A DNA stretch of 63,198 nt, the filler included, from Hausera hauseri (taxonomy: Eukaryota), in NCBI GenBank assembly GCA_046269625.1. It is 12 parts of 12 records of this genome, joined end to end, with 100 filler letters (N's around TTAATTAATTAA, not from the genome) between each part and the next. Parts side by side here need not be neighbours in the genome. Positions count along the whole stretch, not along the records: positions 37,206 to 43,846 come from JBJURY010079325.1; positions 43,947 to 48,301 come from JBJURY010620220.1; positions 48,402 to 54,936 come from JBJURY010089876.1; 9 more parts are not named here. The stretch is one strand, 5' to 3'. The notes under the pieces are model-generated. The model did not search any database, was not told where the DNA came from, and saw nothing but the letters and a program-made list of their open reading frames with translations. A program made the translations under genes and the position numbers. Of the stretch, positions 37,890-50,703 are shown piece after piece; within the stretch, counting starts at the first letter, position 1, and each line of letters starts with the position of its first letter.

Positions 37890-38145
37890 CTCAGATCAAT
37901 AGCAACTCCTTCTACAAGGTTCCAACCAGATTAGCAATTTAATCGCCAAGAAATCACCAGGTTAATAAAGGAAGGCATCATACAGCTCAGTGTTTCATGG
38001 TTGACAACGAAAAAAGAATATAATAGTTATCGATTTTTCTAGTACCATTTATAAGTTCACAAAGCTGAACACACCCATGTCCACAAATCGACGATCACGT
38101 CGAAAAGATAGTTTCAACCAAATTTTTCAGCACCATCGATTATTT
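37890..38145 (+). mobile_element. Highly degenerate Ty3/Gypsy reverse transcriptase fragment
   Basis: IATPSTRF...QEITRLIKEGIIQ.S / IVIDFSSTIYKFTKL / P.ID / FFSTID, read across frameshifts. Confidence 0.6.
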
Positions 38146-38553
38146 GATCAGTGTCTGTATAAAAAATTACAACTATCATTTGCAGATACTCTTTTCGTAC
38201 AACTTACGATGAAATTTACATTTCTGATTTTTCCGCGGCATTACTTACCGGACAACCGATAAAATACTCATTGAAAAGTGTGAATTACAAACTATTCTGT
38301 GGAACTTGTTTTGTAAGATTTCCTATAATTACGAAATAGTATATACAACGCTGATGACCAAAAGGATATTCGAAAGGTAACCAATAAAAAACAAATTTAA
38401 TGTTGCCCTCGGATAATTCTATACAAGAATCATAAAGTAACAATATTAGGCAAAAAGTAATTATAATTATAATCAAAAGTAAATAATTAACGAAATTCAT
38501 TATTTACAAATAATATATTCAAAAACAATAATCAATGACTGTATAACAAAAAC

Positions 38554-41271
38554 TTATTTCTTTGAATTTTGCGTTTTTCTATATTTCTTATCACTATCGA
38601 AGTCTGAATCCTTGTAAACGTGTGGAGCAACTTCTGTCAACCAACGGGGCTCAATGCGCAGACAAGTTCGCATGAATTCTTTCTCCGTTTCCACTATAGT
38701 ATTATAAACTACGTATCGAGGAGAATCTCGTGGATGGTCTTCGATTATTTTGAAAACACACGTTGGATGCATGTATACGCAATCTTTTGATTTGATTCTC
38801 CGATAACAATCGCCGCTGAATCGAGCCGTATTTATAAAGAATCCGGCTGTTATGGCTTTTCTGATATTGATGGTGTTGTCCGGATCTGACGACAGTTTCA
38901 ATTCCAAACGATCAGCCAATCCAATCAGCTGGTCACGAATGTTTCTGGCCATTTTCATTGACCGTGACTGAATATAGTTTTCTTTGCACCATTCACTGGA
39001 GAACTCACTATGTGCATAGCCATTGTACACATTCAGAAGAGTCAAGTGATCACCGTCTTCGTTGAGAAATGCCCGATGAGCTTGTGATGCAAATAATTTC
39101 TTGTCTTTCGGTGAATAAAAAATCGTGTTATCCAAACTTAGCATGGCTGCGATCGTGATGATTTCCTCCGAACAATTGTACTTTTCTGATGAGATAATCA
39201 TCTTGGAAATCATAGGATCGCAGGGGATCTCTACCATTTTTCTTCCACACAATGACAATGCTCCTTTCGGATTGATAGCGCCGAGATGATATAATTCAGA
39301 CAATGCTGCGAAGATATTTCGTTCGCTGGGCCGATCGAGAAATTCAAACTGCATTATATCGTCGATACCCAAACTTTTCAGCAGTAAAACGACGTTAGAA
39401 ATATTCGTCCGTTGAATTTCCGGAATGGGTTGGTCTTCAAACTCTTCTTCAAATGTGCATTTCTTGTACAGACGAAAACATTTTCCTGGAGCAACTCGTC
39501 CAGCTCGACCAGCACGTTGAATTGATGATGCCTTCGATATCGGAATGACTTCCAGTGCGTCCATTCGAGATTTTGCATCGTAACGCTTCTGTTTGCAGTA
39601 ACCGCAGTCAATTACGTATTTGATACCGTTGATCGTAAGCGATGTTTCCGCGATATTCGTCGCTAGTACTACTTTTCGAGCACCGGGTGGCGTTGGCATG
39701 AATATTTTCGCTTGTTTCTCACTGGGCAGTGATGAATAAATCGGCAGAACAATCAATTCTCTAATCTTATTGCCAAGTGCCTTAATTCTGTCCTGAATTT
39801 CATCCATAGCTCGTTCTATTTCTTCTTGTCCGGTGACAAACACCAGTATATCTCCTTCTGGTTGTGTGATGTGAATCTGGAACACAGTTATTACTGACGC
39901 ATCAACGTAATCCGGCTCCTGATCTTTTGTGTAATAAATTTCAACGGGATATCGACGGCCGGGGATTCTGAATATCGGCCCATGGAAATAATCGGCGAAT
40001 TTCTGTGTATCGCACGTTGCCGAACTAATGATCACCTTCAGATCTTTCCGTTCCTCCATGATTTCCCGCAGTAAACCAAAAATGACATCGGTCTGCAGAG
40101 TCCGTTCATGTGCCTCGTCAATGATAAGTACCGAATAAGTACTCATCAATGGGTCAATGAGAAATTCCCTGAGCAACATTCCATCAGTCATGTATTTAAT
40201 CAGCGTATCGTCCGATACTCGCATTTCAAATCGTACTGAATAACCAACTTTATCGCCAAGTTTGACATTCATTTCTTGTGCTACTCGTGTCGAGACAGAC
40301 ATTGCAGCTACTCGTCGTGGTTGGGTACAGCCGATTTTCATGTTGTTTGCACAGAATCCTTCTTCGTAAAGGTACTGAGGAATTTGCGTCGTTTTACCCG
40401 ATCCGGTCTCTCCCTCGATTATGATTACTTGGTTCTGTCTTACCATTTCGATTAATTCATCTTTCAATTTGTATATTGGCAGGGATTTGCGGATTTCCTC
40501 AATTGTCATGTCTTTTTCCTGGAAGACTTTTTGTTTCTCTTTCCCGTCGTCGCCATCATTGTTATCCACTAAATTCACATCACCAAAGTTAATAAATTCG
40601 TCCAATAAAATATCGTATTCGATGTCACTTGTCTTCTTCGGTTTCTTCTCTCCGACACCAGTTTTCATCTGTCGGGCTTCCCACTCATTCAGTCCCCCAC
40701 GCTTCGATCTATCCTTTTTCTTTTCATCCCCATAATCATTTAGAATTGTCGACTCATTCGAAGGCATCGTGTAGTATTTTTCCTTCGTTGATTTGATTCC
40801 TTCTTGCTGCAGTTTTGCAACCCTCAGCAATAATTTCTTCGTTTCCCGATCATCTTCTTCTCGTTTCGTCAATTTGTCATTTTTAAAATAAATATCTTCT
40901 TCTTTCAGTTCTTGTTCCAAATCTTCCAGTTTGTCAATCCGTCGTTTGTCCAAATATTCGAAACGAGATTTCTTACGCAGTTCTGTGGTTATTACGTCCT
41001 TTTCGGCATTTTTCGACAACAATGTGCGATTTCGCTTTTCATCAGTGTAACTGGGAACGTACGATTTGGATTTTGCTTTATCTTTGCTTGTAATTTTTTT
41101 ATCAAATTCTTTTACCTTCTCGGATTCTTCTCTGTTTCGCTTTTCTTCGGCAATGTAATCGTCATCCAAATTCCCAGTGTCGTATTTTCGTTTCCTAAAT
41201 AAAAGTAATGAAATATTGAAAATAAAGAATGATTTAACTTACGTATATCTTTTTTCGTTATATTCGTTCAT
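38554..41271 (-). CDS. DHX16: Pre-mRNA splicing DEAH-box helicase DHX16/Prp2; exons 41271-41243 and 41194-38554 (~890 aa)
   Basis: Helicase motifs are GETGSGKTTQIPQYL, TQPRRVAAMSV, DEAHERT, SAT, LATNIAETSLTI and QRAGRAGR. The DHX16-type N-region reads RKKSRFEYL.KR...KLEDLE. A 48-nt GTAAGT..TTTAG intron (41242-41195) joins ATG 41271 in frame. Confidence 0.92.
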
Positions 41272-44004
41272 TTAAAGTGAATCAACGAATTGTTATACAA
41301 ACGTAAATGTTTGAAATTCGAATATTATAAGAAGAAATTTAGATTGTTGTATAAATATTAAAATGCAAATGTTTTCTATATTGTTCAATTTTATAATTTA
41401 CTATTTGTTTTATCCTAGGGTAAGTACAGCAATGATCAATAAACCAGCCAATTAATTGCTGTAATTGTTAAGAAAAGTTTTTAATATCTAAATAATGCAC
41501 ATAAAATTACATATAACTAATACTCCTATCTAATGGTTGACTGAATTGGCTAATAAATTACTGATATGTTGATTTTCCTATTTTTAAATAACCAAATTAA
41601 ATTTAGACACTTTTGCTTCGTTTGTCAATGCATAATTATTAACTAATTTTTAAAAGGTACAACAGAGTTTTCATTTATTCTGAAATAAAATCATATTATA
41701 TTTTAATATTCAAAAATTTACTTCAGACACACATGTCAATATACACACATACTAGCAGAATTTACATATTTGTTTTCAAACTTGGTTTCAAAGGAAATTA
41801 TTATTTTTTGGTCACCTGATAATTTTAAAATTTTTAACGAATGTAATGATTAAATTATTTTACACCGAAAATAGTTTTCATTGTGAACTGTGATTTGAAT
41901 TTATTTTAAACCATGAATACTAATAATCGAGGTTTGTTTTTATTACGATAACCATTTAGAATATCCGATTTAGTTGATTTAAGTCCTCGAATACCTAATC
42001 AGACAATTACTGCAAGAAATCGTCCTCAAACAGTAGTCATTAATCATCGAACGTATTAAATTTATGGATTGTTTATTTAGAATCCAAGATTCTTATATGT
42101 AAGTCAAAATAATTTGGCTTCAGTTCCAACGAATATTAGTTCGGCACAAGTCGTTCCTGCCCAATGTCCAGTTAATCGTAAGTTTAAATTAGATTTTATT
42201 GAGAAATTATGAAAATTTTGTTGATTTGTTAAAATAAATGTTTCAAAGGAAATTTGTTTTCCGAATTTTTTTTAAGTTCTCTTTGGAGTGAATTATAGAT
42301 TTGTACAATTTATGTTAAGCAGAAATTGGAAGTGTTGTACGTTGTCCATTTAAATGTTTTGATAATATTTTAGAATATTTATGGAGTATCAACCGAGTAT
42401 GTTCGCCTTTAAAAGGTGTTTTAGCTTCATGTATTACTTTTCTAGGTGGAGATTTGTTTTTTATGCAATATTATTTGGTATATACAGAGTGAACATGGTG
42501 TAGTATCAAGGGGAGATTGGATCGAAGTTTGCTTAGCTATTAGCTATGGTTTTGTATGTTAATTCGTTTTACCAGTACAAAATTTCCGCAAGCAAAGCTA
42601 AAGTTATACAGCCAGAGCTTTGTTACGTCGTTTTGGTACTTCTTCACTTTACGCCTAACTTGTACAAGACATTTAAGATTTGATATCATTTTTTATCATT
42701 CAATTAATGTTAGATTTCCACAGTGGCGTTCATGTTATACGAAGTAACGTTTCTTCGCTTATGTAAAAATTTTGGTTTCCAATGCGAATGATGATGGATA
42801 ACCAGCCGATTATTTAACAGATATTTATTAGTTCGACAGAGCATTATGAAGATACTTGGCGTCAAATATTTACGGTTGAAAAATTGGCGAGTATTTTGTC
42901 AAATCTGTAAATTATGTGGGGGTGGGGGAAAATTGAAGAAGTGCCAGATGACGTAACAATTGAAAGATCTTTATTTTTTGTCGGTATAAAATTTAGTAGT
43001 TGCATAAGTAATTTTTGCAAATTCGGCATGAAATAAATGAAAGAAAACACCAGGTATCATTTTATATTCAGTCTACATAGCTGTGGAAATTTGCAGTGCA
43101 GTTAGCCGTTCAAAGGTACTTTTTAACTGATCCAAATCGATCAAGCCAATTATGGTTTTAATCCGTGGTTTTTATTCTTCCGAGCAAGACGCTAAGGTTT
43201 TATATACCTTTGATTCCATGAAGCCCCACAACAGTCTAATAATCATATTCCAGATCCGGATTCGTTTGTCCAACGACGAAGATTCTGGAAGATTCTTATT
43301 CATTAAACTTGTGGTACGAAAAATGTTTCCAGAAAAAAGTTCTGTCCAATAATTGAATTTCTACCAATGACACAGAATACGTTTGGGGATTATTGGTCAT
43401 GTTCTTGGCTTTTCTGTATTTCGCATTGTATTATTATTTCGATAGATATTCCGTCATAGATGGAAAAATTATTTTCCTTTTTCGTTAAATATGGAAATGG
43501 ATTGTTGACTTGACCATGACAGAGATTTCCTAGCACTTGTCTTGTAGGCTTCCTCAATAGTACTCACATTTCCATCGGACAAATTTGGCTGCACAGAACC
43601 GTGACTGTTGTCTAAACGTTCTGTCGGTCTAAATTTATGGTAAAATCTTTTGATAGTTCGGCAATATGACGACTCCTGATCATATTTTTTTCTAAATATT
43701 TAATACAGTAGGAGCGTTCATTTTGCGAAACTATCAGGGACTTTGCAATAAAATTTAGACAGACAGTATGTTTACGCAACAAATGCGTTCTAGGCGGCAA
43801 AAGGTTTTTCACATTATTATCATCATTATATTTTGTACGTCTCTTTNNNNNNNNNNNNNNNNNNNNNNNNNNNNNNNNNNNNNNNNNNNNTTAATTAATT
43901 AANNNNNNNNNNNNNNNNNNNNNNNNNNNNNNNNNNNNNNNNNNNNATGGGAGGGAAACATAAATGCACCTAAAAGCACTTGACCCCTAAGGTGGAAATA
44001 GGGA

Positions 44005-44230
44005 AATCCAAGCTACACTAAGCCAAACCAAGCCAAACAAAGCTAAATACTAGCCATACCAAGCTAAACCAAGTTAAACAAAGGTAAAACCTAACCATAC
44101 CAAGCTAAAAGAAGCCAAAGCCTAGCCACATCAAGCCAAAGCCTTACCACACCGAGCCAAACCAAGACACACTTGGCCACACCAAGCCAAATCAAGTTAC
44201 ACCAAGCCACAGCAAGCTTATATACCAAAC
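44005..44230. repeat. Degenerate short-period (CCAAG/CTAAA-like) satellite
   Basis: Repeating ccaagc(t/c)aaa(c) units. Confidence 0.75.
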
Positions 44231-45214
44231 TGGGGGATCATATTTTGTTTCCCATTGGCCAATTTTCTTATCCCACAATGACTCATCCGGCAAAGAAATT
44301 TTTTTCTTCCACGGGGAGGGGTCTTCAGATTGTTGAAGTTATGGTCACATTGTAGAAGTTATGACGATCCGGTTAAAATCAATGAGGAGACGGAGTAATT
44401 GAAATTTGGAACAGAATATATTTGAAAAAATACAAATGTGTCAATTTGTGAATATTCAGCCAATATTTTTATAGTAAAAATTCAAAGCCTAATATGGGCA
44501 AATATGCGTCACAACAGAACCTTAAAATGTATAAATTGATTTAATATTTATATCAATTTTACTAATTCTCTCACATTTTACAGGCGTGAATTTAAGTGAA
44601 TTGTAGGTTATTGGCAACGGGCTTGGTCGTTGTTGAGAATGCACGACATCGGGTTTGGTTATTACTTAGAATACCATGGTTAAATGCATACCTCCTTTCG
44701 ATTAGTTTGCTCCTCTTTCACTTGCTTCATTCTGTGCTACTACATTTACAGCCACCTTTTTGCATTTGAAAGTCTATCCTCGATGTGCGTGAGTTCGTCA
44801 TCGGTACGGTAACGGACGTTACCTGCGTCTGTATGAATGGAACGGTACGTAAGTATTCGGTCTGCTGTATTGTTTGACATGTACAGTTCGAGCAGATCAC
44901 AACTAATAATAACTGTAGTAGTTACACCTAATATTCCCTTGTCGGCTGTACCATACTTTCTCGTGACAATTTCGTCCTGGATGGTAGATTCAAACCTCAA
45001 ACCTTTGATGTCAGGACTGCGGAGTACACACCTTCTGAGCCTTGTCTCCATTGGTAAACACATTAAAATACACTAACCAACGTTTGCTTCATTTTTGAAA
45101 ATTAAAGAAACACGCAATGGAAATATAAATAGCTAAAGTTGGGATAAAAGGAACAAATCTCAAGATAATGAAATAATAAGAATTACTAATGCTGCAAATA
45201 AAATAGGAGATCAA

Positions 45215-45802
45215 ATGAAAAAAATTGAAAAAGAAATAGCTGAATTAGATTTGAATTTTGAAGCGACAAGGAAAACAATTGAAAAAGATTTAACCAATAA
45301 AGTAAACAAAATTCAAAAAGAAATTATGAAACTTAGTGAAGATTATGAGACATTAGTCAATCGACTTAACTTAAATATGGGAAAATTTAGAGAAAGAAAT
45401 TTAGATTGTGAAACCCAATTAAAAACGTTACAAAACGTTGCTAAAAGAGTAAATACAAACAATACTTTCCTAAGTTCAATTTCTAATGATGTAGATGATA
45501 TTAAAAAATTATTATATGGAGATAGAAATAAACCATTATATTTTACTAAATATGATTCGCGAAAATGTTTGATGACAAATTTGTGTGAAAAGTTTGAAGA
45601 TGTTGATTATAAATTTAAAAAGTTGAGAACAGAATTAGATAAAAATGAATCTAACATTCAAGAATTGTTCAAACTCTATAATTTAATAAAACCAAAAATT
45701 TCTAACATTCCAGAAATAAAACAAGAAGATGAAACTTCAATTTGGCTACCTGCTAAGAAATATAAAGTTATTGCAAATCAGACTTTATTATCTAAACAGT
45801 AG
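45215..45802 (+). CDS. Hypothetical coiled-coil protein (195 aa)
   Basis: Uninterrupted ORF in AT-rich DNA with K/E/L heptad character; no family recognised. Confidence 0.35.
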   Translation: MKKIEKEIAELDLNFEATRKTIEKDLTNKVNKIQKEIMKLSEDYETLVNRLNLNMGKFRERNLDCETQLKTLQNVAKRVNTNNTFLSSISNDVDDIKKLLYGDRNKPLYFTKYDSRKCLMTNLCEKFEDVDYKFKKLRTELDKNESNIQELFKLYNLIKPKISNIPEIKQEDETSIWLPAKKYKVIANQTLLSKQ

Positions 45803-46797
45803 CATTAAATCTAAAGTTGATGATAAATCAATTTCTCAATTATTGAGTTTCAACATGTAGATGGATAAGGGGTTTGTTTGTGGGGCCGAGGTGATCGACG
45901 GGCTGATGGGAAGATAATATGCCGAGAACGACAACCAAAAGGGACCTTGAATTCATTCATTGTGACGATAATGAATTTGAGAGAAAATCCTCGTGTCTGT
46001 TCATTAGCTATTGAGGCTGGATGACACAGCCTTCCTGGAACTGTCAGTCGCAGATGGCCGCCACTGAAGGATTCTGCAGCACCTGAGTCCTTCCTGCCTC
46101 ATAAGGTTGTAATTAGCACGGCACCGAGACCCTGAGACAAGCTTCTCACTTTGCAAAGGAAGTAATCTACTTGTTTTTTAAAATCGAGGCTACTCTGGCT
46201 CCTCTCAGAGACCCGTGTGCAGTTTGTTCGTACGTGCAAACGTTCTGTTTCAGTCTGTCTAAGATGAATGCTTGCCCACTCTAAAATTCAACTGTTTAAT
46301 TGAAAGCAATGCAGTTCATTTATACATTCTTAAAAATTATGCACATTCACCTGAAATGTTATTGTTTCAAAGGATCAAAAGTACTATTTATTTGTCTGAG
46401 CTTCAGAGCTCTACTGTAAAAGGAATGGCCAACACAATTTTGGTTTAGTTCTAAATTCAGCGCAATTAAAAAACAAAAGTATGTCATTGGATAGCACTGA
46501 TCTAAGTCTTCAGTGAGAAAGTGCCTGTCTATGTTTCCTCTAAACTGCAAGCATGAGAACATACATTTGTACAGAAGAGCAGCATACATTCATTCAGTAT
46601 CTGCAGTTGTCTGCTGTAGCAAGGCACAAATTACACAAGAACGTGTGTGCATTTGTCAAATGTTGTTGCCGAGGCGCATAACTGATGAGTGCACGCAAGA
46701 AAAAAAAATCTGAGGGAATACTGTTGTCTACCATATGTTGTTTGTTCGTCTAACAGATGATGACATGACTATGTTCTTCACCAAGGAGTCAATGAAA

Positions 46798-47535
46798 TCA
46801 TGAGGGATAGTCACTAGAAGTAGGAAGGGCAGTAGAAATGGAACGATGAGTGCGAGAATGGCTAATCAGGGCAATCCTGGCTCGCAGGACCCTGCCACAG
46901 GTTGGACATGTAAATGCAGGTTTTGTTGGTACTTGAAAGGCGAGTCGATTCTTGCGAGTGTTTCGCTTTTCCTGGGCGACCATCATTCTGTTGTTATGAC
47001 AGAAGGTAGATCCTTGTGTAACTTTAGTGCGCCACTTGGGGCGGTTCAAGGCCAGTGTCTCCCATGAATTTACATTGATGTTAAAGTCCCTTAATGAGGA
47101 TTTCAAGGTGTCTTTGTATCGCTTCTTTTGGCCTCCTGTTTTTTAGTTGCCTGTCCGCAGTTCCCCAAACAGAAGCTGCTTTGGGATACGACTGTCACTC
47201 ATTCTAACAGTATGGCCACTCCAGCGTTGTTGTGTTTTCTTTTGGAGTGTATATATGTAGCTGGATTTCGATAAGGCAAGAGCCTCATACCTGGGACTTT
47301 GTCATACCAATTTATCCGCATGATATGATTCAAACAGCTCATATGAAAGTGGTTTCTTTGTCGTGACTAGCATAGACTGTCCATGTTTCACTGGCATACA
47401 AAAGTGTTGTTAAAACTGCAGCCCGATACACCTTAATTTTGGTGTTTATACTGATACCACTTCTGTCCCAGTCTGCCAAATGCTGTGCTAGCTTTGGCCA
47501 ATCTGACATTCACTTCTGCATCATATTTACTGATC
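46798..47535 (-). mobile_element. RTE-clade (BovB/RTE-1-like) LINE, 3' end of the ORF with a C2H2 finger
   Basis: TKIKVYRAAVLTTLLYASETWT / RWSGHTVRMSDSRIPKQLLFGEL / GGQKKRYKDTLK / WETLALNRPKWR / CPTCGRVLRARIALISHSRTH. Confidence 0.92.
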
Positions 47536-47643
47536 TGAAAAAAGAATAACACATAAACAGTACACATGATTGTACATATTACTGTGTACATTTAACACCA
47601 GAAATAAAGAAGCAGAGGCAGTTATATGACATTTTGCAGTAAC

Positions 47644-47733
47644 TTTTACTGAGAGAAGAAATCACTGATTTTGTTTTCTGAGAGAAGAAATCACCGATTT
47701 TGTTTACTGAAAGAAGAAATCACTGATTTTTTT
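47644..47733. repeat. 29-bp tandem repeat, 3 copies
   Basis: ttt(a/t)ctga(g/a)agaagaaatcac(t/c)gattttg repeated. Confidence 0.9.
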
Positions 47734-48529
47734 TAACTGTGACAATTTAGAAATGGGTTTCTTGGCTTCTAGGTCTCTGATTCAGGCAAGCAACTTCGTA
47801 TAAGTGACGTTTATGATAAATGCTTAGAGTATCGGATAATTGACGTCAAGGACAACTGATTGTCGGATAATCGACGCTGTGGTGTATTTTATTTGTTTAT
47901 TGAAATAGTGCAACATCATTCGGGATATTCCATTAACTTTTCAAATAGCCACCGGAGAATCTTCTTGCTTACTCTCCCAGTACCTCGTTAACTAAGGGCC
48001 CGTCATGTTTTACCTGTCAGGTAACATTTCCTTTCTATACCACTTTGCGCAACCACCCTCAGCATCGTTATTGTATACACATTCCCCAGCCACGCCATCT
48101 ATCTTTCTTGTATCAATCTGGCTTTTGGACAAGTATTTGCAGCCAACGTGCTTGCAAACCTCTTTTTCTTCCACCCCTTTTCATTTACGCAGAGTTTATT
48201 CTTTTCTGCACTCGATGATTTACCGTGCGCGCAGTCACGGTCAGTCTTGTGTGTGTTCGCACACACACTGCCCGCATGACTCAGAAAGTATGTTTCAGCA
48301 ANNNNNNNNNNNNNNNNNNNNNNNNNNNNNNNNNNNNNNNNNNNNTTAATTAATTAANNNNNNNNNNNNNNNNNNNNNNNNNNNNNNNNNNNNNNNNNNN
48401 NAACCTTGTTTGCGTGTATCATTTTTTCTACCCCATGACTCATCCGCGAACCACATCGATTTTTCTCCGCGGGGAGTTGATGCCATGCGCTCATTTCCCA
48501 CCAATCCACTTATATCGTTTTCTCATCAT

Positions 48530-49070
48530 TCCAACAGTTAATTTAGCTTTCTTTCTTTGTCTGCGAGAAAATAAGTCAAATTCAGTCTTTGACGAATTCT
48601 GTGCTTCCTAGCTACAACATCGTGTTCAACCCATAGGTTTTGGGGCTGTGTAGACGTTAGCCTTCTATTCTTCATCGCTGCCCTTCTTAATATTTGATCA
48701 TCAAGAGGATTTGACAACCTTCTTCCACAAGTTCCATTTCTTCTGCTTTTAACGCCAGACCCTTCACCCAAGCTTTTCTTTAAACACTGAATACTTGGAG
48801 AAATTAACAATTAACGCAATTTCACTCTGTTTTATTGGTATGTTGAAGAAAAACTTGAATTTTAGAGACCTCGGATTGCGTTAAATTATGAGACTTGCCC
48901 ATTATTCAACAGAAAACAAAATAAGTTTTATCTGCCTTAAATATTTAAATAACATTTGCTGTGAATCTAGACAAAATTAAATTTGTATGGTAACTAAACT
49001 GTTAGTAATCAGTTACTATCTACAATAATTGCTATTTTATGCCTTGATTGTAATAATTTGGCCACCTCTG
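48530..49070 (-). mobile_element. Tc1-like transposon, 5' part (TIR plus degenerate DNA-binding region)
   Basis: The terminus reads TA|CAGAGGTGGCCAAATTATT. The translation includes CGRRLSNPLDDQILRRAAMKNRRLTS...RIRQRL. Confidence 0.75.
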
Positions 49071-49071
49071 T

Positions 49072-49178
49072 ATATAAAGCGGTAGTGGTTTCTATATAAC
49101 GGGGCAGTGGTTTCTATATAACGGGGCAGTGGTTTCTATATAACGGGGTAGTGGTTTCCACATAACGCGGTAGTGGTT
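49072..49178. repeat. 22-bp tandem repeat (~4.5 copies), probably subterminal to the pogo/Tigger element
   Basis: GGYAGTGGTTTCTATATAACGG units. Confidence 0.9.
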
Positions 49179-49329
49179 GATAGTGATATTTTAAATTCAA
49201 ATTTTAAATTTAAAGCCATAATCGAATCACAATCCAAGCTTAACAGTAACTGAAGTAACAATCAGCACATTTTCTTTGTAGAGTTTAGAGGACAAGAGAC
49301 ACAATACAACATTCAGTAGAGAAAGATAA

Positions 49330-50618
49330 TCAGTCGCATGTTAAAAATTTATCAAGAGTCGTTTGTGTTTTGCTATTAAATGTTGCGTTAGTAACAGAAA
49401 TTTTCAAATTGTCTAAGTGACAAAAATCATCCGCAGAAGAATGCTTCAAAAGATAGAGGCGAATTTGATGTAGCATTTGAAGAGTCTCAGCGTGTAACGG
49501 AATATTTTCATCATCATCATCATCATCATCATCACAGATACTGTTATCATCATAACGATCACTCATGATGGTCTCACCAGTTGGTGGCATCAGAGAATCG
49601 ATGATGGCAGATTCACTTGGAGTTTCCACTGTGGAAATGTCATCGTCAGTCGATGTGAACAGCCCTGTGCTCACTGCACCCGGTAAAGAGAACGCAGAAC
49701 ACGGGCGCTCAAAAATGTTTCCCACGCTAGCAGAATCGTCTGAAGAAACAATTCCATCGGCGGAAGTTGTGAGAAGATAAACGGAGTCATCACGAAGGCC
49801 AGAAGAACGGAAATAATTGTCGATTGTTTCGACTTAAACGCGATTCCATGCTGTTTTCAGCCAATAAGGTCTGGCTGGAAGGGTGAAAAGATATTCAAGT
49901 TCGAAAAAAATTTTTTCGAAAAATTTTTTCTAATAACACCATCGTGTACAGAATTCAAAAATAGACATTTTTCATCTTTTCGAAATTTGCACCAAATTTG
50001 AATAGTGCTGCACACTTTCGAAGTGCTAAAATCAATAGTGCACTTTGAAAAAAAATAATTGAAAATGTAAAAATTTAAAAATTCAAAAATTTAAAAAAAT
50101 TGATTATTGAATATTGATCATCGATCATGGTTGAGGTTTGGCCTCATGCGCTCCCTTCCTTCTACTGAATGAAGCTTGAAAACCAGTGGTGTGAGGCTTC
50201 TTCAAAAACAGCACCACTTTCACCACACGTCAGTTTCGATGTGATGTGGCGATGTTTCCATATTTGGATCCATGACATGGAGATTGTCGAATCTCCCTCT
50301 GATGTCTCGCCGTTTCGAAGATGCGATAGAAACGACTGAGCTTTGGTCTTCAGCAATTCGTCACTAATGACTATTTTGGAAGTGCGGCACGTCTTGAACC
50401 ATTGGAGGAGAGCGTTGTTAACTTCAGCAAACTTGTCCGAACTCAATCCCTTCTTACCCTTCCATGACAGCAGAAAGGGTGCATTGCTTTATTCCAAACT
50501 CTTCAACAATGTCACCCAGTTTCCTCTTGAGACCTGCTGCTTTCTTGCCGTTATCGTCGACAGCTTGAAGAATTTTTAGCTTTACATCAGTCGTCAGTGA
50601 CTTGCGCTTGATATCCAT
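49330..50618 (-). mobile_element. pogo/Tigger (CENP-B-like) transposase relic; DDE core missing and replaced by a ~290-nt insert (~49870-50160)
   Basis: MDIKRKSLTTDVKLKIL / VNNALLQWFKTCR.....S..LLKTKA..F / SW...WK.RH......GES, then a C-terminal WLKTAWN.V..TI.N.F and an acidic tail ending QTTLDKF. Confidence 0.8.
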
Positions 50619-50703
50619 CGTGTAGTAAGAATGACACCATTTTTAAATCGTTTTGGTAATCGTGGGGGTTAGAGAATCAGGCAAATGTACACGGGCTGCT
50701 GGG

